Origin: Paracoccaceae bacterium
GTDB taxonomy: Bacteria > Pseudomonadota > Alphaproteobacteria > Rhodobacterales > Rhodobacteraceae
Assembly: GCA_965221815.1 (NCBI GenBank)
Contig: OZ244915.1
Coordinates: 694,119-726,118, forward strand
DNA: 32,000 nucleotides
Direction of reading: 5' to 3'
Of the stretch, positions 27,735 to 32,000 are shown piece by piece. The notes under the pieces are model-generated. The model had not been told where the DNA came from and did no database searches. It was given only the letters and a program-made list of their open reading frames with translations. The position numbers and the translations under genes are program-made. How positions within the stretch are numbered: position 1 is the stretch's first letter; each line of letters starts with the position of its first letter.

Positions 27735-29065
27735 TGATGGCACGTATTTGGACAACAGTTGTATTGGTGACAACTCTGGTCTTTGCGGCAGAGCATGTCA
27801 GGGCTCAGGAGCAACGCGTGCCGCTTCGTATCGTGATCACCGAAGGTGTGATCGAACCGATGCCGATTGCTCTGCCAACATTTTCGGTCAGTAACCCCGG
27901 CGATCGCGAACTCGCCAGTCAGATCACCGCGGTTATCTTCAACGACCTGACGGGGACAGGTCTGTTTCGTCGTATCCCGCCAGATGCCTATCTGTCTTCG
28001 GACACCGGAGCGGATTCACGTATTCGCTTCGCTGACTGGAGGGCGATCAATGCACAGGCATTAATTGCAGGTTCTGTGGTCACCGCAAACGATGTCATCG
28101 AAGTGAATTTCCGGCTATTCGATGTTTTTGCAGAGTCTGAATTTGGCAAGGGCGTGCGGTTCACCTCGGATGTTGGCAGTTGGCGACGCGTTGCTCACAA
28201 GATTGCTGATTCAATTTACCAGAGAATCACTGGCGAGCTGCCTTATTTCGACTCTCAAGTGGCATTCATCTCGGAATCCGGCGCAAAAGGGAATCGAATG
28301 AAGCAACTTGCAATAATGGACTATGACGGTGCCAACGCGCGTGCACTCACCGACGGTACAGACATTGTCCTCGCTCCACGATTCTCTCCAGATGGCGCGC
28401 TTCTGATCTATACATCCTACGAAACTGGCACACCAAGTGTCTACTTGCTCAATTTGCGGACTGGAGCCAGACAGGCGGTTCTGCAAAATCCTGATATGGC
28501 CTTTGCACCCCGGTTCTTCCCTGACGGTGGGAAGGTCGTATTGTCGCTCACGATCGATGGGAACACAGACATTTTTGAGGTCGAATTGGGCAACCGTAAG
28601 GTCCGAAGATTAACCAGTAGCGCGGCGATCGACACGGCACCTTCGGTATCACCCGATGGCAACTGGATTGCATTTGAGTCCGACCGAAGCCGCAGACAAC
28701 AGATTTACATCATGCGGGCTCACGACGGTGAGCCAAGGCGGATCAGCTTTGGAGAGGGGCGTTACGGAACCCCTGTCTGGTCACCCACAGGCGATTATAT
28801 TGCCTTCACCAAACAGTATCGTGGCCGATTTCATATTGGCGTAATGCGCGCCGATGGCAGTGATGAGCGCATACTGACCGCGTCATTTCTCGATGAAGGC
28901 CCGACATGGTCACCCAACGGCCGCAATCTTATGTTCTTCCGTGAGGAGCCCGGGGAATCGGGCGGGCCATCAATCTACTCGGTGGATGTTTACGGCCGCA
29001 ATCTCCGGCGCATCAACACGCCGCAATTCGGGTCTGACCCGTCTTGGTCGCCGATCCGCCGTTAA
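27734..29065 (+). CDS. tolB: Tol-Pal system beta-propeller protein TolB
   Basis: A 443-aa ORF with a signal peptide and repeated propeller blades ([70 protein letters not shown]). The ATG overlaps the tolA stop. Confidence 0.95.
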   Translation: MMARIWTTVVLVTTLVFAAEHVRAQEQRVPLRIVITEGVIEPMPIALPTFSVSNPGDRELASQITAVIFNDLTGTGLFRRIPPDAYLSSDTGADSRIRFADWRAINAQALIAGSVVTANDVIEVNFRLFDVFAESEFGKGVRFTSDVGSWRRVAHKIADSIYQRITGELPYFDSQVAFISESGAKGNRMKQLAIMDYDGANARALTDGTDIVLAPRFSPDGALLIYTSYETGTPSVYLLNLRTGARQAVLQNPDMAFAPRFFPDGGKVVLSLTIDGNTDIFEVELGNRKVRRLTSSAAIDTAPSVSPDGNWIAFESDRSRRQQIYIMRAHDGEPRRISFGEGRYGTPVWSPTGDYIAFTKQYRGRFHIGVMRADGSDERILTASFLDEGPTWSPNGRNLMFFREEPGESGGPSIYSVDVYGRNLRRINTPQFGSDPSWSPIRR

Positions 29066-29407
29066 TCCATCAGTGAGTCAGGCTAATTGTCAAGCGGTTT
29101 CATTGGGTTTGTGGAAACGGATACACTGTAACGACAGACAGTCGTTGAGTTGACGCGTCCCAGATCACCGCTTTTCGCTGAAAAGTACGGAATCATTCTG
29201 ACTGCGATCACGCCGGATCCGGGTGCGGCAGCAGTTACGGTTATTCAAGGTCATTCGACCAGTCAACGCAGTAACGGTTTCAGGGGCAGATATCTTGCCG
29301 TGCTCAATATGAGATTGAAGTGAGGTCATCACACAAAAATCACTTTACTTTTTTGGCTTAGAAACTAGTTTGAACGCAAACAACAATGTCAACAGAGAGG
29401 CAGTCGG

Positions 29408-29926
29408 ATGAAATTGAAGGTGGTGGTCTCGCTTGTGTCGCTTGCTGCATTGGTGGCATGCTCCGGCGATGTGCTTGATACGGGCGTTACCGGGGATGCT
29501 TCTGGTGGGCTTGGCGGTGGTGGTATCGGACAGGCTGAGTTGCAGAATTATGAACCTGACTCGCCGGAATATTTTACCGAACTCATTGGCAACACGATCT
29601 ATTTTGAGGTTGATCAGAGCGTGATTTCGGAGGATTCCGCAGCTGTGCTGAGACAGCAGGCACAATGGCTGAATCAAAACACAGAATATTCGGTTTTGGT
29701 TGAGGGTCATGCCGATGAACAGGGAACTCGCGAATATAACCTTGCATTGGGTGCACGCCGTGCGGCGGCCGTGAAGTCCTTTTTGACTGATCTGGGTGTC
29801 GCGGATATCCGTCTCGCGACTGTCACCTATGGCAAGGAACGCCCAGTGGCAGTCTGCTCTTCAGAGACTTGCTGGTCAAAAAACCGCCGTTCCGTCTCCG
29901 TTGTCGAAAGAGAATCTGGCGGGTAA
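29408..29926 (+). CDS. pal: Peptidoglycan-associated lipoprotein Pal (OmpA family)
   Basis: A 172-aa ORF with a lipobox (LAALVAC|SG) and an OmpA-like domain (TIYFEVDQSVI...VLVEGHADEQGTREYNLALGARRAAAV...TVTYGKERP). Confidence 0.95.
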   Translation: MKLKVVVSLVSLAALVACSGDVLDTGVTGDASGGLGGGGIGQAELQNYEPDSPEYFTELIGNTIYFEVDQSVISEDSAAVLRQQAQWLNQNTEYSVLVEGHADEQGTREYNLALGARRAAAVKSFLTDLGVADIRLATVTYGKERPVAVCSSETCWSKNRRSVSVVERESGG

Positions 29927-30826
29927 ATGTACACACGCGTCAAGCTTCTCGGCATCATCGTATCCTTGCTGTTGTTGCCGGTTTGGCCAGGTCTCGCGCA
30001 GCTGCCGGAAGCTGATGACCCGGATGAAACTCCAAATGTGCCGCAAGCGATGGAGACACAGGAAAGATTGGCGGACATCCGCAGTCAACTGCTGCACCTC
30101 TATGGTCAGATGGCAAGCTTGCGCGCTGAGTTGATCCCTGTTGCCCCTGGTACGGATGAGGCGTCGCTTCAACATGTTGAAATTTCAGTTCTTTCTGCGC
30201 GGCAACGACTTGACGGTTTGGAAGAGGAGTTGCGGATTGCAATTTCCAAAATCGAAGAACTGGAATTTCGAATCCTGCGTATTGCGGCTGATGGAAACAA
30301 CCAGATCCGTGACTTGGAATTCACCCTCGCTGAGATTACGGGGACGGACTTATCTCTGCTATCACCGGGCAGGCCGTTAGGTGAGGAGCCCGATGAGTTG
30401 CCCGTGCAAAGTGCAGATGAGACAGTGATCGTTGCCGACCTGTCATCTCTCGAGCAGCAGCAGTTCCAGGAAGCGTTTCTGAGCTACCAGAGCCGTGATA
30501 TTGAGGGCGCTCGGGAGCGGCTGAATAACCTGATTGCGGCGTACCCGGATGGCAGTTATGTCAGTGAAGCATATTATTACCTTGGTGAAACACTGATTCA
30601 TGCCGAAGATTGGCAAGCGGCGGGCGTTGCATTCTTCAACGCTTTCAACAAGAATCAATCAGGACCCATGGCGCCGAAAGCACTCTTGCGACTGGGCGAG
30701 AGCCTTGCAATGCTCGACCGGCAGGTTGATGCCTGCGAAATTATGCAGCATGTTGGTGAGATGTTTCCCGGTTCTGGAGAAGCCGGACTTGCAGATTCTA
30801 AGTTCGTTGAGCTGGAGTGCGGTTGA
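29927..30826 (+). CDS. cpoB: Tol-Pal system protein YbgF/CpoB (coiled coil + TPR)
   Basis: A 299-aa ORF with a signal peptide, a coiled-coil N-half and a TPR-like C-half (FQEAFLSYQSRDIEGA...YPDGSYVSEAYYYLGETL...APKALLRLGESL). It starts immediately after pal. Confidence 0.85.
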   Translation: MYTRVKLLGIIVSLLLLPVWPGLAQLPEADDPDETPNVPQAMETQERLADIRSQLLHLYGQMASLRAELIPVAPGTDEASLQHVEISVLSARQRLDGLEEELRIAISKIEELEFRILRIAADGNNQIRDLEFTLAEITGTDLSLLSPGRPLGEEPDELPVQSADETVIVADLSSLEQQQFQEAFLSYQSRDIEGARERLNNLIAAYPDGSYVSEAYYYLGETLIHAEDWQAAGVAFFNAFNKNQSGPMAPKALLRLGESLAMLDRQVDACEIMQHVGEMFPGSGEAGLADSKFVELECG

Positions 30827-32000
30827 AAGACAACAGCAAGCGTGATCTTTTCCATTCTTTCGAGCACCGTTTTGCTCTCGGAGATGGCGTGCATGTCGCG
30901 GTGGCGGTTTCAGGTGGCGGCGATTCGATTGCACTCTTGTCACTGTTGTCTGAATGGAGCGTTATAAGCGGAATTCGCCTCTCAGCGGTGACTGTCGATC
31001 ACGGGATCCGGCCGGAGGCACAACAGGAATATGCTATTGCTGCGACGACATCGCAGCAATTCTCAATTGATCACACATTGCTACGTTGGAATCCGACAAA
31101 AAGTGGCAATCTTCAAGATCAAGCACGGCGGGCTCGTTATCGACTGATTGCAGACTGGGCGAAGTCGAATGGGATTCCATCGGTCGCTCTTGCCCACACA
31201 GCGGATGACCAGGCGGAAACCGTATTGATGAATCTTGCCCGCGGTTCGGGTGTCGATGGACTGAGCGCCATGCCAATGGAACTCAAGAGACATGACATTC
31301 TTTGGTTGCGCCCACTGCTCGGAACGCGGAGAAAGTCTCTTCGGACATATCTTTGTAAAAGAGGGCTTGCCTGGGCGGATGATCCGAGCAACGAAAATTT
31401 GAACTTTGATCGGGCCAAGTTTCGTCAACTTCTCGGTCAATCTTCCAAACTTGGTCTGTCGACAAACCGGCTCGTGGCCACCTCAATGCGTATGCAGGAA
31501 GCCCGACAGGTGCTTGAACAGGCGACCAATCATGCCGCACGGACGTGCGCTGTTCGGACGTCACTTGGCGAAGTTCTCTTCAACGATCAGTTCTGGCAGT
31601 TCCCTTTGGATACCCGCATGCGACTTGCCGCAGACGCGCTACGGGCTGTCTCGGGCCGTGAGTACCGTCCACGATATAAATCCCTGATGAATGCCTTGGA
31701 GAGAGTGCAACGATCTACGACCACGATTTCGGGTTGTATCTTGACACCCAAGAGCGCGGGTGGATTTCTGGTGATGCGGGAATTCGCCGCTTGTGGCCCG
31801 CCAGTTGATGCGCTGGAAGTCTGGGACGGCCGATGGCGGTTGCAGCAATCTGACCCGCCATCGGGCAGCGCAATTGCCGGTCTTGGCTCTGCCGGTCGAG
31901 GTCGATTCATGTCGACACCTGCGCTTTGGCTGGATGGCGAGCTTTGGGCCTCACCTTTTGCTGGGATTCGCACGGAATGGACCTTTGAATATTGTCATCA
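30817..32000 (+). CDS. tilS: tRNA(Ile)-lysidine synthetase TilS, 3'-partial (runs off the window)
   Basis: An open frame runs from GTG 30817 (or TTG 30823, overlapping the cpoB stop) to the window end. It carries the PP-loop VAVAVSGGGDSIALL, then LAHTADDQAETVLMNLARGSG and LRPLL...R..L. It is not in the supplied ORF track because it has a non-ATG start and no stop. Confidence 0.88.
   Translation, partial: MRLKDNSKRDLFHSFEHRFALGDGVHVAVAVSGGGDSIALLSLLSEWSVISGIRLSAVTVDHGIRPEAQQEYAIAATTSQQFSIDHTLLRWNPTKSGNLQDQARRARYRLIADWAKSNGIPSVALAHTADDQAETVLMNLARGSGVDGLSAMPMELKRHDILWLRPLLGTRRKSLRTYLCKRGLAWADDPSNENLNFDRAKFRQLLGQSSKLGLSTNRLVATSMRMQEARQVLEQATNHAARTCAVRTSLGEVLFNDQFWQFPLDTRMRLAADALRAVSGREYRPRYKSLMNALERVQRSTTTISGCILTPKSAGGFLVMREFAACGPPVDALEVWDGRWRLQQSDPPSGSAIAGLGSAGRGRFMSTPALWLDGELWASPFAGIRTEWTFEYCH

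Noticed and set aside
29066-29407. The unusually long (342 bp) tolB-pal intergenic region as a hidden sRNA or small gene.
   Set aside because: I could find no convincing ORF, promoter-terminator pair, repeat or stable hairpin. ORF 29345..29710 on the minus strand is antisense to the pal signal peptide region and has no motifs.

Overview
All calls were made by eye from the sequence and the ORF track; no searches were run.

The window has two very different parts.

**Part 1, 25151-32000.** This is an ordinary, intact, alphaproteobacterial-style envelope operon on the + strand: tolQ-tolR-tolA-tolB-pal-cpoB(ybgF), followed by tilS. The tilS gene is missing from the ORF track because it has a non-ATG start and runs off the window.

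**Part 2, 1-25150.** This is an extreme insertion-sequence graveyard.
- It holds about 15 IS-derived segments from roughly 10 lineages: two ISKra4-like types ('IS-A' and 'IS-B'), IS256, an IS4-like element, Tn5/IS50-like elements carrying DUF4338 modules, IS110, IS5/IS1182-like, ISNCY-like, IS481-like, an IS605-type TnpB and a resolvase scrap.
- The segments are visibly GC-rich, mostly frameshifted or truncated, and nested in one another.
- Three insertions can be excised in silico together with one target-site duplication, and this restores the reading frame of the IS they interrupted.
- Only one transposase gene looks intact (15283-16806).

**The four non-IS genes in part 1-25150.** Each sits alone on a small lower-GC islet, and all four are lipid or triterpenoid-type functions:
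- a GPP34/GOLPH3-like::cytochrome P450 fusion (578-2611, -)
- an MMPL/HpnN/SSD-type RND exporter (6606-8933, -)
- an ERG6-type sterol C-24 methyltransferase homologue (12831-13883, +)
- an HpnA/3beta-HSD-like extended SDR (18710-19789, +)

This IS-shattered, putative sterol-like lipid tailoring and export gene set is the most interesting content, especially the GPP34-P450 fusion and the bacterial SMT.

**Secondary points.**
- DUF4338 (DruA-like) modules are built into two different IS4-family transposon lineages.
- A 46-bp tandem duplication splits one DUF4338-transposase fusion ORF.
- A conserved ~115-146 bp repeat lies at the 3' ends of both the P450 and RND genes.
- IS-A ends lie just upstream of three of the four lipid genes.
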